Positions 1 to 9,429 of a stretch of 26,981 bases of DNA are shown piece by piece. The DNA is taken from IMG/VR virus record IMGVR_UViG_3300031419_000581, one strand, 5' to 3'. Source of the DNA: a virus (Duplodnaviria; Heunggongvirae; Uroviricota; Caudoviricetes). The first letter of the stretch is position 1. Every line of letters starts with the position of its first letter. The translations under genes and the position numbers were made by a program. The notes below the pieces were generated by a model. That model saw nothing but the letters and a program-made list of their open reading frames with translations, was not told the origin of the DNA and did no database searches.

Positions 1-609
1 GGTTATGATTTTGAACCTGAAATGATCAAAAAAGCAAATGCTAAACATATTGCCAATGCGAATTTTTTTGATAATTTTACCGATCTGGTTAATTATTTGA
101 ATCTACATAAGCATAAGAAATCTATGGTACTTTGTAGTTCTTTGATTCATGAAGTTTATTCATATGGAAACAAAGAAAGTATTAATGTTTTTTGGAAAAA
201 TCTTTATTCAGGTCAGTTTGATTTTGTCGTAATCAGAGATATGGCTTTTTCTGAAAAAGAAGTGAATAACGAAACTATGGCTAAATGGCATGACATTGAA
301 CGCCTTAGAAAAAATGCAACCCCTGAACATTTAGCACAATTTGAATCTATATGGGGAAGTGTAGAAAAACAAAAAAATTTAGTGCATTATCTATTAAAAT
401 ATCGCTATGAAAAAAACTGGAAAAGAGAAGTAGAAGAAAACTATTTTCCCGTTTACACAGAACAACACCTGGAATATATTCCTGATAATTTTCAGTTAAT
501 TCATTTTGAACATTTTACTTTACCATTTAATCAGGAAACCATAAAAAATGATTTCAATATTAAACTTAATACGAAAACGCATATCAAAATGATTATAAAA
601 AAATGTTGA
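1..609 (+). CDS. Class I SAM-dependent methyltransferase-like protein, 5'-truncated by the window edge
   Basis: The frame is open from base 1 (GYDFEPE-MIKKA), which resembles methyltransferase motif II (G-x-D-x(4)-M-x-x-x-A). VLCSSLIHEVYSY resembles the post-motif-IV segment. Motif I lies outside the window. Confidence 0.55.
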   Translation, partial: GYDFEPEMIKKANAKHIANANFFDNFTDLVNYLNLHKHKKSMVLCSSLIHEVYSYGNKESINVFWKNLYSGQFDFVVIRDMAFSEKEVNNETMAKWHDIERLRKNATPEHLAQFESIWGSVEKQKNLVHYLLKYRYEKNWKREVEENYFPVYTEQHLEYIPDNFQLIHFEHFTLPFNQETIKNDFNIKLNTKTHIKMIIKKC

Positions 610-662
610 TTAACACCAATGAAAAATGAATTTTAAAGACCTGGAATGTAAAAAAGCAATAG

Positions 663-800
663 TTATTTGTATTTAGCTATTGCTTCAATCAATCTTGCTT
701 TTTGTTCTTCTCTATCTTTTTCTGTTATAAAACTTTTTCTGTTTTTAAATTCAGCATTTCTGCCAAAACAAATCATAAAATTTATGAAAATATGTAACAT
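663..800 (-). CDS. Small hypothetical protein (45 aa, MLHIFINFMICFGRNAEFKNRKSFITEKDREEQKARLIEAIAKYK)
   Basis: Translated by hand and below the ORF-track cutoff. ATG at 800 is preceded by purine-rich GAGAAAAGAT, TAA is at 665-663, and it fills an otherwise empty gap. Confidence 0.35.
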   Translation of the reverse strand: MLHIFINFMICFGRNAEFKNRKSFITEKDREEQKARLIEAIAKYK

Positions 801-937
801 ATCTTTTCTCTATTTTGTATCGTCAATACTCTATTATTAAGTGAAACCAAACAAAAAACAAGGAAATAAATTATTTTAATTGCATATAAACGCGGCAGAT
901 GAAATAATACTGAAAATTTTTATATGAGGGATACTCC

Positions 938-1642
938 ATGTTTTTGTTTTATTTTAAAAAGTTTAAAGCAGCAGAAAGAAGAGTAAATAAGATTGATAAA
1001 GATATGAATAAAAAAACAAACTCTATCTGGAAGACTAAAAAAATATCAATTCTCTACATGCTTTTTATTTTTTGCGTTGGCATGTTTTCAGCCACTCTTT
1101 CAGAAGGGATAATCTTTGCCTCATGCCTGTTGTTGGTCTTTCTGACAACAAATACAATTGCTAAAACATATTATTATTTCCTGTTTAAAATTTTCAGGAA
1201 AAGGATATGGAAACTTTATATAAAAGGCAAATTTCACGAAAGTTTCAGCTATTACAGTTTCCTGAGTGGTAATGCGTTTTTTTTATTTAATGTTCAGCCA
1301 GTATACAGGATGGCTGATATGCTTAATATTGTTATTGTATCTTCAGTCATTCAATTCATGGGAAAATCATTTGATATGATATCTTATATCACTATTGTCT
1401 TCATGTTATTTATATCAATCACACATATGAGATTATCAATAAAATCACTACAAGATATAGCATTAAATTATGTTGATAATTCCTGGATTAATAACCTCAT
1501 GCATTCTGATAAGCAAGTATCTTTGAAAAGAGAAAGATGGCAAGCTTATATAGCTCTTAAAGAAAAAATATATTTGGATAATCCGAATGGTATCATTGAA
1601 AAAGAAAAATCTGAAAATATATCCAAAACAAACAGATTATAA
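938..1642 (+). CDS. Multi-pass membrane hypothetical protein with C-terminal ...KTNRL tag
   Basis: ORF track; GAGGG RBS before the ATG; about 4 hydrophobic segments. Confidence 0.75.
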   Translation: MFLFYFKKFKAAERRVNKIDKDMNKKTNSIWKTKKISILYMLFIFCVGMFSATLSEGIIFASCLLLVFLTTNTIAKTYYYFLFKIFRKRIWKLYIKGKFHESFSYYSFLSGNAFFLFNVQPVYRMADMLNIVIVSSVIQFMGKSFDMISYITIVFMLFISITHMRLSIKSLQDIALNYVDNSWINNLMHSDKQVSLKRERWQAYIALKEKIYLDNPNGIIEKEKSENISKTNRL

Positions 1643-1649
1643 CTTTTTT

Positions 1650-1677
1650 TTGACAATTTTTAGAAAAATGCTACCAT
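1650..1677 (+). promoter_or_regulatory. Sigma70-like promoter for the SIMPL gene
   Basis: TTGACA (1650-1655), 16 nt spacer, TG-c-TACCAT extended -10 (1672-1677). Confidence 0.6.
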
Positions 1678-1700
1678 TTTTAAAAATTAAGGAGGTTATT

Positions 1701-2438
1701 ATGAAAAAAAATATAATGTTATCACTTGCTGGGATTATAACACTTTCTCTAATGGGAAATTCGGTATATGCAGAAGATAACCTTTATAATCAAGTCAATC
1801 TATCTGCAAATGGTGAAACGTCCATAGAACAGGATTTTCTGACTATTAACTTATCCTATGAGACGGATGGAAGCAACAATAAGCAAGTACAGGAAAACTT
1901 AACCAAGAAATTAAATGATTCAATATCTGATATAAAAACCCAAATAAAAAATCATGACTTCACCGTAAAAATGGGAAGATTCTCTGTATATCCACAATAT
2001 AATAATTCAACCATAAGTGGCTGGCATGGTGTAGCAACTATTATAATGGAAGGTAAAGATTTTCCTGCAATAAGCAATGCGGCTTCTTCTGTAAAAGATT
2101 TTACAATTCAATCAACCAGTTTTTCAGTTAGTCCAGAAAAAATAAGTGAACTAAAAGATAAGACTGTAACAAAAGCCATTGAAAAATTTAAAGAGCAAGC
2201 GCAGAAAGTTTCAAAAGACTTCGGATTTAATCAGTATAAAATTAAGGCAGTCAATGTTTCTTATGATGAACAAGGCGCAATGCCTGTTTTCAGAACAATG
2301 ATGAATGCACAAGCACCTATGGCAGTATCTGCTAAAGAATCAACACCTGTTGATTTTGAAGCAGGGAAAACAACAATTCGTGCAAGTGTGGATGGTAGTA
2401 TTGTTATGTATGGTAATAATGAAGCTATTCAGGAATAA
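1701..2438 (+). CDS. SIMPL (DUF541, YggE/BP26-like) periplasmic protein
   Basis: The likely true start is 1701 (AAGGAGG RBS), not 1587. Signal peptide MKKNIMLSLAGIITLSLMGNSVYA. SIMPL-type motifs: VNLSANGETSIEQDFLTINLS, FSVSPE...AIEKFKEQAQ, FEAGKTTIRASVDGSI. Confidence 0.85.
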   Translation: MKKNIMLSLAGIITLSLMGNSVYAEDNLYNQVNLSANGETSIEQDFLTINLSYETDGSNNKQVQENLTKKLNDSISDIKTQIKNHDFTVKMGRFSVYPQYNNSTISGWHGVATIIMEGKDFPAISNAASSVKDFTIQSTSFSVSPEKISELKDKTVTKAIEKFKEQAQKVSKDFGFNQYKIKAVNVSYDEQGAMPVFRTMMNAQAPMAVSAKESTPVDFEAGKTTIRASVDGSIVMYGNNEAIQE

Positions 2439-2455
2439 AATAAATAATTGAAATG

Positions 2456-2485
2456 AAAAAGCAGAAGTCGTTTCTGCTTTTTTTT
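2456..2485 (+). terminator. Intrinsic terminator after the SIMPL gene
   Basis: AAAAGCAGAA-gtcgt-TTCTGCTTTT followed by a T-run. Confidence 0.8.
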
Positions 2486-2570
2486 ATCTTTTCAGGAAAA
2501 AAAATTGACAAAAACTCATATCTGAAGAGATTATACAGAGTTGTAAATACTAACGGAGAATTAAAAAATT

Positions 2571-3506
2571 ATGTTTAAAAATTTACTCATATTTCAAATG
2601 AAAGAAGATTTTTCTATTTCAGATACCGACCTTAGATCAAAAATGGCTGAATTTGCATTCAGAAAATGTGGAGCAACTGATATTAAATCATCTGGCTGGG
2701 TTTCTCCGGTCAAAGGTTCAGAAGAGCTGTGCTATTTTTCTAACGGGCATATGCTTCTGACCATTATGACAGAAGATAAAATTCTTCCTTCCACAGTTGT
2801 AAAAGAAGAAATGGAAGCAAAAATTGAGAAACTTGAAGAAGCTCAAGGTCGTAAACTGAAAAAAGCAGAGAAAGATACGATTAAAGACGAAGTCATTCAA
2901 TCTCTTCTTCCACGTGCTTTCAGTAAGTACAGTACCCTGTCTATCTGGATAGATAGTGGTAAAAAGAGAGTGCTTGTAGAAGCGTCAAGTTCCAAGAAAG
3001 CAGAAGATGCTCTGGCTCTGTTGCGTAAAACGTTAGGTTCGCTGCCAGTTTCTCCTTTCACAACCAACAGTCCGATTGAATATACTCTGACTGAGTGGGT
3101 AAAATCAGGTCAGCCAAGTGAAGGTTTTGAAGTTCTGGATGAAGCAGAACTTAAAGATATGATGGAAGAAGGTGGTGTACTGCAGAGCAAAAAACAGGAT
3201 CTGTCCAGTGAAGAAATTCAGAACCATATTGAAGCAGGTAAGCAGGTTACTAAACTTATGCTTAACTGGAAAGGTAAAGGTGAAAGCGATGATAAAATCA
3301 ATTTCCTTCTTTCAAATGACGGCTCACTGAAAAAAATAAAAATGTCAGATGTATTAAAAGATAAGAATTCTGATATTGATAAAGATGATTTTGCTCAGCG
3401 TTTTGATGCAGATTTTGTTCTGTTTGCTGGTGAAGTTTCTATGTTGGTCTCTGATATCCTGGAAGCTTTTGTGGGTTCGGAAGCAGAACAATCAGAAGCA
3501 GAATAA
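2571..3506 (+). CDS. rdgC: Recombination-associated protein RdgC
   Basis: Family hallmarks: MFKNL, GWVSP, EDKILPSTVV, GRKLKKAEKDTIKDEVIQSLLPRAFS, ALLRKTLGSLPV, FDADFVLFAGE. Confidence 0.95.
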   Translation: MFKNLLIFQMKEDFSISDTDLRSKMAEFAFRKCGATDIKSSGWVSPVKGSEELCYFSNGHMLLTIMTEDKILPSTVVKEEMEAKIEKLEEAQGRKLKKAEKDTIKDEVIQSLLPRAFSKYSTLSIWIDSGKKRVLVEASSSKKAEDALALLRKTLGSLPVSPFTTNSPIEYTLTEWVKSGQPSEGFEVLDEAELKDMMEEGGVLQSKKQDLSSEEIQNHIEAGKQVTKLMLNWKGKGESDDKINFLLSNDGSLKKIKMSDVLKDKNSDIDKDDFAQRFDADFVLFAGEVSMLVSDILEAFVGSEAEQSEAE

Positions 3507-3526
3507 TTCAAAAAATAAGGTTATAT

Positions 3527-3551
3527 AAAAAGAGGCTTACGGCCTCTTTTT
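3527..3551. terminator. Bidirectional intrinsic terminator between rdgC and the convergent ORF
   Basis: AAAAAGAGGC-ttacg-GCCTCTTTTT, with an A-run on one side and a T-run on the other. Confidence 0.85.
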
Positions 3552-3553
3552 AT

Positions 3554-4384
3554 TTAAATTCTTGATCTCTTTTGTAATGATTTTTCAACAGAAGGAGGAA
3601 ACTGAGAAAATAAAACATTTCTCTCATAATTCGTCTGAATGACTGCTTTCATGTCACCCCTCATTCGTAAGTTAATCTCACAAAAAGCTTCGAACTGAGA
3701 ATGTATAAAATCTTTCTGAATATATTTAAGCTGTAATCCGCCATTAGAAATAGTATCAAGATATTTTAAAGTATCAAGAAAAGAACTGTTAATAGGACTT
3801 TCCATTAGGTTATTTTCTTTATCGTTGCAAATTATTCTATTCCCTTCAAAATCCAGAGCCATTTTATGAACGCCTTTTTCAACAAAAGCATCGTGTATGT
3901 TAATAAAAAAATATGAAAACATTTCAATATTAGCTTTTTCAGAATGATAACGCATTGACTGAAGTGTATCTTCAAGTTCTTCAAAACGTGTGTCACTCAT
4001 AGTTTTTTTAAATTCATTGACATAATAATTTTCTATATCCGCAACATTTTTCCATTGAATTTTTTCGTGGTTAGACAAATCCCCTGATTCGTTCAACAAA
4101 CCATTAATCGTATCCTTATAATAGGGTTCCATCTTTTCACAATCAAATAAGGATAACATACGGCTGTCGATATCCCGACAATCTAATGTTTGCTGAAAAA
4201 CAGTTGAAATAGAAGATGCATTTTTAGGTAGAGTGAGATAGGCTAAATCATCATCAGGTTTATTGACTAAAATATCATGCGCGACATAAGTAATGAGTTC
4301 AAGCATATTTTCACGAACCTTTTCTTTTAACTGCGCTGCAATTTTTATATTATCCACATTCGAAGTGTCAAAATTTAATATCAT
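3554..4384 (-). CDS. Hypothetical protein with C-terminal ...KRSRI tag
   Basis: 276 aa ORF; GAGG RBS upstream; ends at the bidirectional terminator. Confidence 0.75.
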   Translation of the reverse strand: MILNFDTSNVDNIKIAAQLKEKVRENMLELITYVAHDILVNKPDDDLAYLTLPKNASSISTVFQQTLDCRDIDSRMLSLFDCEKMEPYYKDTINGLLNESGDLSNHEKIQWKNVADIENYYVNEFKKTMSDTRFEELEDTLQSMRYHSEKANIEMFSYFFINIHDAFVEKGVHKMALDFEGNRIICNDKENNLMESPINSSFLDTLKYLDTISNGGLQLKYIQKDFIHSQFEAFCEINLRMRGDMKAVIQTNYERNVLFSQFPPSVEKSLQKRSRI

Positions 4385-4684
4385 ACATACCTCATTACTG
4401 TCTATTTTAGTTTTGATAATAAATATCGACCTAAAATATAGTTAAACTATTAGTATTATTATAACAAAGCTAAGAAATTAAACAATTCAGAATGACGATA
4501 AAATGTTGATAAAGAATTAAACAAAAAAATATTTATAATGTTAAATCATAAGTTTATTTTATTCTTTTTTTCAATAAAGTAACGGGGGGATTTTAAATTG
4601 AATATAATAATAAAAAAATATTAATTATTACGTAAATTATATGAAATTATGTTAAAATAAAAATTATTTATAAAAGGAAAAATC

Positions 4685-6232
4685 ATGATTAAAATAATAA
4701 GAGAGATTGCCGATGATATAGAAACCCAAAATAATTTGGTTGATATAAAAATAAAGATAAGCAACTTATTGAAAAATGTGTCTTTGGATAAAAATAAATT
4801 TATAAGTCTATCAACGGAAAATTATGTTTTACCAGCATACTGGATAAATTTTTTGGTCGAAAATAAAGAATATAAAATGGCCTTTGATTTACTTAATAAT
4901 TATGAATTTATTTTCGGTGAAGATATGCGCCGCTCATATGATGGAAAAAATTCTCTGGTGCGAAAAATTGCATACAAAAATTCATTTAAAGACCATGAAT
5001 TTTTTAAATTTATTCTAATGAACAATCCAGATATTTTAGCAGAAAATAAAAACAATCATAATAAGTTTGAAGCAATCCGATATGGCGTGAAGCATTATGA
5101 TTTGAGAGGCAACAAAGGCTGTGGAGATATTTATAAATCTTTGTTTAATTATTTCGAATCAAATAGTGAAATAAAAGAGATTACCGAAGAGAAAATATCC
5201 GATTATAAGTATTCCTTTAATATTATTCATAAATTATCAATTGAAAATAATTGGCCAAGTATACATCCTGATTTGTGGCATTACAGAAATTATGTAACAA
5301 AAAAAGAAGGGATACCTTTATTAACATTGATATTGCAAAATTGTTCTTATGACGGATTCGGTGAATATTTCAGAATGAGTGTTGAAGATGATCCAGAAGA
5401 TATTAGTAGATTAAATAAAACAATAGAGTTAATTGGTGGAAATATAAATAAATTAAAAACAAGATCTCTTGCCGTTTTTATGAATAATATGATCGAAAAA
5501 TTAAGTTTTAAAGATTACCTAAATACAGAAAGTATTATAAAAAAATATTTGATTAATCCAATAAACTTATTAAAGGAGTTAACAGAAGAACATTATGAGG
5601 AACAAAATTTAAATGATAAAAATTTAAAAAATAATAGTCTTCATATTTTAAACAAATCAACTGTTGAAAAATGTGATGTTAATTCCGAAGGATATATCGA
5701 TCCTACAAATGTTATCAGTAAACTGAATTATTTACTGGATTTGTCAAAAGAAAATAATCATTATTCAAATGAAAACATGTTAAGTATTATTTTTTGTTAT
5801 ATTAATAAATTTGATTATCCCATGTCTGGTGCAGCATTTAATATTAAAATGCAAATAGAAAAAGAAATGATAGTAAGAAATTTTGAAAATATATTGTGTG
5901 GCTATATGGATTTATTAAAAGATAAAGATATATTTGAGTCTAATCATGAATTGAATAAAAAAAATATAGTAATGTTATTACAGAAAAATTTATTAATTGT
6001 TGATTCAAAAATACTTACAGATTTTATAATAGCAACAAAATTGTTTGAGATCGATGTGGAAAGCATGTTTGAAGAAATCAATCAGGACAGACAAAAAATT
6101 TCTAATTTTATGAGAGAGCATATGAATAGTAATAGAGCAATAATAGAAAAATTAAATAAAGAAGCTGAGAGAAAATGTATAAAAAGTAAATTAGATGAAT
6201 CTTATGAAAGAAGGAAAGTAAAAAGATTATAA
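4685..6232 (+). CDS. Hypothetical helical protein with C-terminal ...KVKRL tag
   Basis: 515 aa ORF; AAGGA RBS; very AT-rich; no recognisable domain. Confidence 0.8.
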   Translation: MIKIIREIADDIETQNNLVDIKIKISNLLKNVSLDKNKFISLSTENYVLPAYWINFLVENKEYKMAFDLLNNYEFIFGEDMRRSYDGKNSLVRKIAYKNSFKDHEFFKFILMNNPDILAENKNNHNKFEAIRYGVKHYDLRGNKGCGDIYKSLFNYFESNSEIKEITEEKISDYKYSFNIIHKLSIENNWPSIHPDLWHYRNYVTKKEGIPLLTLILQNCSYDGFGEYFRMSVEDDPEDISRLNKTIELIGGNINKLKTRSLAVFMNNMIEKLSFKDYLNTESIIKKYLINPINLLKELTEEHYEEQNLNDKNLKNNSLHILNKSTVEKCDVNSEGYIDPTNVISKLNYLLDLSKENNHYSNENMLSIIFCYINKFDYPMSGAAFNIKMQIEKEMIVRNFENILCGYMDLLKDKDIFESNHELNKKNIVMLLQKNLLIVDSKILTDFIIATKLFEIDVESMFEEINQDRQKISNFMREHMNSNRAIIEKLNKEAERKCIKSKLDESYERRKVKRL

Positions 6233-6237
6233 TACAA

Positions 6238-6259
6238 GAAAAGCCCTATTATGGGCTTT
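6238..6259. terminator. Probable bidirectional terminator
   Basis: AAAGCCC-tattat-GGGCTTT between convergent stop codons. Confidence 0.65.
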
Positions 6260-6650
6260 ATCTTTTAATATGTTTTAAAGGCGAGTTAAGTGTAGAAAGA
6301 TCTTCCATAATGCCCATATCATATAATATTTTTTTGGCATTATCAGCATCTCTCTTTGTAATAATAACACCTGGTGAAATTTCTTTAAAGCCTTTTTGTT
6401 CAAGCTCCACACGAAGTGGTTTATATATACTTCGTAATGCAGAGTCGTCAGTCATCCATAGCCAGCGATTAATGATAATCAAACGTGTGTATTCTGATTG
6501 AGCAGTCAAAAGCGGGGCAGCTATGTAAAAACGATAATAGTGATAAGGAAGTGGCTCATTTTCAATTTCAATGTCTGAAATATCATTCAGGTTAACTTCT
6601 TCTTTTTCTTTTTGAGTATTCACTGTATATATTCTCCAGTCAAAAGTCAT
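6258..6650 (-). CDS. Hypothetical protein (start uncertain, possibly GTG at 6623)
   Basis: 130 aa ORF. The annotated start lies inside a repeated motif. It ends ...KHIKR. Confidence 0.6.
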   Translation of the reverse strand: MTFDWRIYTVNTQKEKEEVNLNDISDIEIENEPLPYHYYRFYIAAPLLTAQSEYTRLIIINRWLWMTDDSALRSIYKPLRVELEQKGFKEISPGVIITKRDADNAKKILYDMGIMEDLSTLNSPLKHIKR

Positions 6651-6732
6651 GTAATCAGTTGGGGTAGTATATTCGACTGTAAGATCCTCCTATTTAATTA
6701 AGGATGAAATATTATTCTCCAGTCAAAAGTCG
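6630..6732 (-). repeat. Two direct copies of GACTTTTGACTGGAGAATA, 83 nt apart (third copy at about 8458-8480, opposite strand)
   Basis: The 19-nt word tattctccagtcaaaagtc occurs at 6630-6648 and 6713-6731 on the + strand. The reverse-complement core ttttgactggagaatatat is at 8462-8480. Confidence 0.85.
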
Positions 6733-6899
6733 CCAGAATGAATAAGTCAGCATAATATAATTATTATAATAGATAGACCCTACCTTATAATTTAAAGAAA
6801 AGCAAAACAGATATACGTATTCTTCTTATTGGGGATTTAAGAGATATTAGTTATAATAAAAAGACAGTTAAATATAAAAGTGAATAACAGGAAATAATA

Positions 6900-8072
6900 A
6901 TGAATAGATTAAATGAATTATACCAAGACGTATTTACAGGCAATTATGTCCTTTCACGTAATGACAGAAGAGATAACTTTGATAACGCATTAAAAAATAT
7001 TATCCCAGAAGGTGAACAACAGATTAGTCAGTTAAAGCAAATAATGGATAAGGTAATAATAGATAATCCAGACATAAAAGAAGGTTATACCAATAGAATG
7101 AGTTTTTCGGCATTTTTGATAAAAAATACGCAATTACCTAAAGAAATAATAGAACATGTTATTAAGAAGCATAAAATCAAGTTAAACTCAAAAAGTGGTT
7201 TAGATAAAGATTATTTTGTAGATTATATGCTTGGCGAAGATACAAGGGCAGTTAAAACAAAAGATCTCCCTTTAATGGCAGAGAGATTTATGCTCGCAAC
7301 AGAGCTTGGCTTTAAACATAAAGTAAGTGAGAAAAGCAAAGGTAGTCTTTATTACACTTTAAGCAAGAGACGTATACTGTCTGAGTTATCGCTTTCAGAA
7401 ATAGACAAGTATATGCGTTGTTTTACAGAAAATGAAATTTATCCTAAAGATAAAACGGGTTTTACCTATGTGGATAGTTTGGCAAAAATAATCACAGATT
7501 ATCAAAAGGATGATAAAAGAGAAAAAATGCAGGCATTACTGAATCCATTTATCGAGGCAGGTTTTATCAAAGTGCCAGAAAACGTCAAAGATTATAGTTA
7601 TGCTGGAAAAATGTTAACGGATATGTTAAATGTCGAAAGAAAAAGTCTGCAAGACGGAGAATACGATAAACTGGTTGAAAATATTTTGTCACTGAATTTA
7701 GGGGAAGATAAACGAAAAGCATTTATAAATTTTGTGGTTATGCACCTTGTAGAAACGCCCAGTTTTGTAGCAATTTCAGGGGATGAGATAATCAGTAAAA
7801 TAAACTATTATATTAATCATAATTTGGGTAAAGACGAACAAAAAATTTTAAAATCAGCACTTGAAGAATTCAGAAATGAAAAAATAGCATTAATTAAAAG
7901 TATTCCAGGCTTTGAAAATATGACAGACGAAGAAATAAAAAATAATGGTAGTCTGAGAATATTGAAAGAAACAATGGATAATGCTTTTGTCTTAATAGAT
8001 AAAGAAGCGTTATTACAAAGTATAGGTGAGTTTGAAAATAAAACAGAGCAATCTAAAAAGAACAGGATATAA
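6900..8072 (+). CDS. Hypothetical protein with C-terminal ...KKNRI tag
   Basis: 390 aa ORF; AGGA RBS; terminator directly downstream. Confidence 0.8.
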   Translation: MNRLNELYQDVFTGNYVLSRNDRRDNFDNALKNIIPEGEQQISQLKQIMDKVIIDNPDIKEGYTNRMSFSAFLIKNTQLPKEIIEHVIKKHKIKLNSKSGLDKDYFVDYMLGEDTRAVKTKDLPLMAERFMLATELGFKHKVSEKSKGSLYYTLSKRRILSELSLSEIDKYMRCFTENEIYPKDKTGFTYVDSLAKIITDYQKDDKREKMQALLNPFIEAGFIKVPENVKDYSYAGKMLTDMLNVERKSLQDGEYDKLVENILSLNLGEDKRKAFINFVVMHLVETPSFVAISGDEIISKINYYINHNLGKDEQKILKSALEEFRNEKIALIKSIPGFENMTDEEIKNNGSLRILKETMDNAFVLIDKEALLQSIGEFENKTEQSKKNRI

Positions 8073-8076
8073 TAAT

Positions 8077-8104
8077 AAGAGAGCAACGACATGTTGCTCT
8101 TTTT
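8077..8104. terminator. Bidirectional intrinsic terminator
   Basis: AGAGCAAC-gacat-GTTGCTCT followed by TTTT, between convergent genes. Confidence 0.75.
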
Positions 8105-8107
8105 CAT

Positions 8108-8380
8108 TTACCATGGATTATCAAATTCGCCGTCCCATTCTTTCCAGATACCCGAGCAATACTTAATTTTTTCTCCTGTCATTCGATTAACAAACCCATA
8201 AATCTGAAATTCAGTAACAGCTTGTCCTGAAATAACATTGGGGCCTGATCGAGGTCCGGCAGTATTACTAAAGCTATACGGCCATGAATAAAAAGAGAGT
8301 GTGCCTTCATGTGCATTAATATGCTGACAGGCAAGAGATTTAATTTCGTCAAAAGTAAGCTTGTCTTTTTTATGATTCAC
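8108..8380 (-). CDS. Small hypothetical protein (phage/plasmid type)
   Basis: The ORF track gives 8108-8395 with a TTG start. A better start is GTG at 8380, 7 nt after GAGGAG. WPYSFSNTAGP...GQAVTEFQ resembles a motif I recall from phage hypothetical proteins (unverified). Confidence 0.65.
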   Translation of the reverse strand: MNHKKDKLTFDEIKSLACQHINAHEGTLSFYSWPYSFSNTAGPRSGPNVISGQAVTEFQIYGFVNRMTGEKIKYCSGIWKEWDGEFDNPW

Positions 8381-8463
8381 GGTGATACTCCTCAATTAGT
8401 ATAGAGAGATATGTTATCACAGAAAGAACAGAAGAATCTACTGTATTTAGAAAAAAACGAGTT

Positions 8464-8493
8464 TTGACTGGAGAATATATTGTAACGTATAAT
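8464..8493 (+). promoter_or_regulatory. Sigma70-like promoter embedded in the repeated motif
   Basis: TTGACT (8464-8469), 18 nt spacer, TATAAT (8488-8493), then AAGGAG and ATG at 8516. Confidence 0.7.
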
Positions 8494-8515
8494 GATATAA
8501 ATATAAGGAGTAAGT

Positions 8516-9355
8516 ATGGAAAAGAAAGATGATAAATTAAATCTTATTTCAAGAAACAGTTTGAACAAGTTTTACAATATGGTCAGAACTGATTATATGA
8601 GAGATAAGAAAGCATTATCAAACAAAGTGATTGAGTATGTAATAAATGTTAGTGAAGCAGTATGGGAAAAAATGTTAAATAAACTGGATCCTGTTGATCT
8701 TGAAATGCATCGTTATGATAAAATGGAAAAGAATCTGACTGACAGGACATTTAAAATATGGCATGAGAAAAACCGAATTGCAGATGAGTATTTAGGTTAT
8801 CTGTTTTTTGCTCAAAGTTATTTTAATGGTGGTAACGCACAGGAACAATATAAAGTTGCAAAGAGAATGGGTTTATATGAACCGACATTAAATAATGAAG
8901 ATAATTTTATTTATGATTATGCAGTGAAGACAGAGAAAGTTTATTATCTTCTTGGTCTTTCGGATAAAGAATTAGCTTATAAAGGAATATATAAAATAGA
9001 AAAAGATTTGAGTACATATAGCGACGTTATGGAGTATGTAGAAAGATGGGAGACTAATATGGCTCTCAGTGAAAAAGATATGAATAATATGGATGTTATC
9101 CAAAGATTAATTACAACAGATAATGCGGGTTTTATTTTTGACAGTGAAATGGTCTTAAAAATATTACTGCGTAATGATTATAATTTTTTTCAGCCGGATT
9201 TAAGTTTTTATGAAGAAATGACGAATGAAGAATTTAAAAAACGAGTAGAGGACGATCCTAAGCAAAAAGAATATCTTGCATTATATCAGAAGAAAAAATT
9301 AACAGAGAAAGTGCAGGGAGAAATTAAACCTTCTTCCCCTATAAACAGACTATAA
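8516..9355 (+). CDS. Hypothetical protein with C-terminal ...PINRL tag
   Basis: 279 aa ORF with promoter, RBS and terminator. Confidence 0.8.
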   Translation: MEKKDDKLNLISRNSLNKFYNMVRTDYMRDKKALSNKVIEYVINVSEAVWEKMLNKLDPVDLEMHRYDKMEKNLTDRTFKIWHEKNRIADEYLGYLFFAQSYFNGGNAQEQYKVAKRMGLYEPTLNNEDNFIYDYAVKTEKVYYLLGLSDKELAYKGIYKIEKDLSTYSDVMEYVERWETNMALSEKDMNNMDVIQRLITTDNAGFIFDSEMVLKILLRNDYNFFQPDLSFYEEMTNEEFKKRVEDDPKQKEYLALYQKKKLTEKVQGEIKPSSPINRL

Positions 9356-9357
9356 AT

Positions 9358-9386
9358 AAAAGAGCTTCCTTCGTGGAAGTTTTTTT
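9358..9386 (+). terminator. Intrinsic terminator
   Basis: AGCTTCC-ttcgt-GGAAGTT followed by a T-run. Confidence 0.65.
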
Positions 9387-9429
9387 ATAGCGATGTTATA
9401 CTATCCTCTTATATAAAGAGAGTGAGACT

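Noticed and set aside
4402-4438. Imperfect inverted repeat TATTTTAG...CTAAAATA upstream of the 3554-4384 gene
   Set aside because: It is almost entirely A/T in an extremely AT-rich spacer and is likely chance.
6258-6650. ...KHIKR terminus as an eleventh tag
   Set aside because: It lacks the terminal L/I and the upstream acidic-basic-x-x-Leu motif is unclear, so it was not counted.
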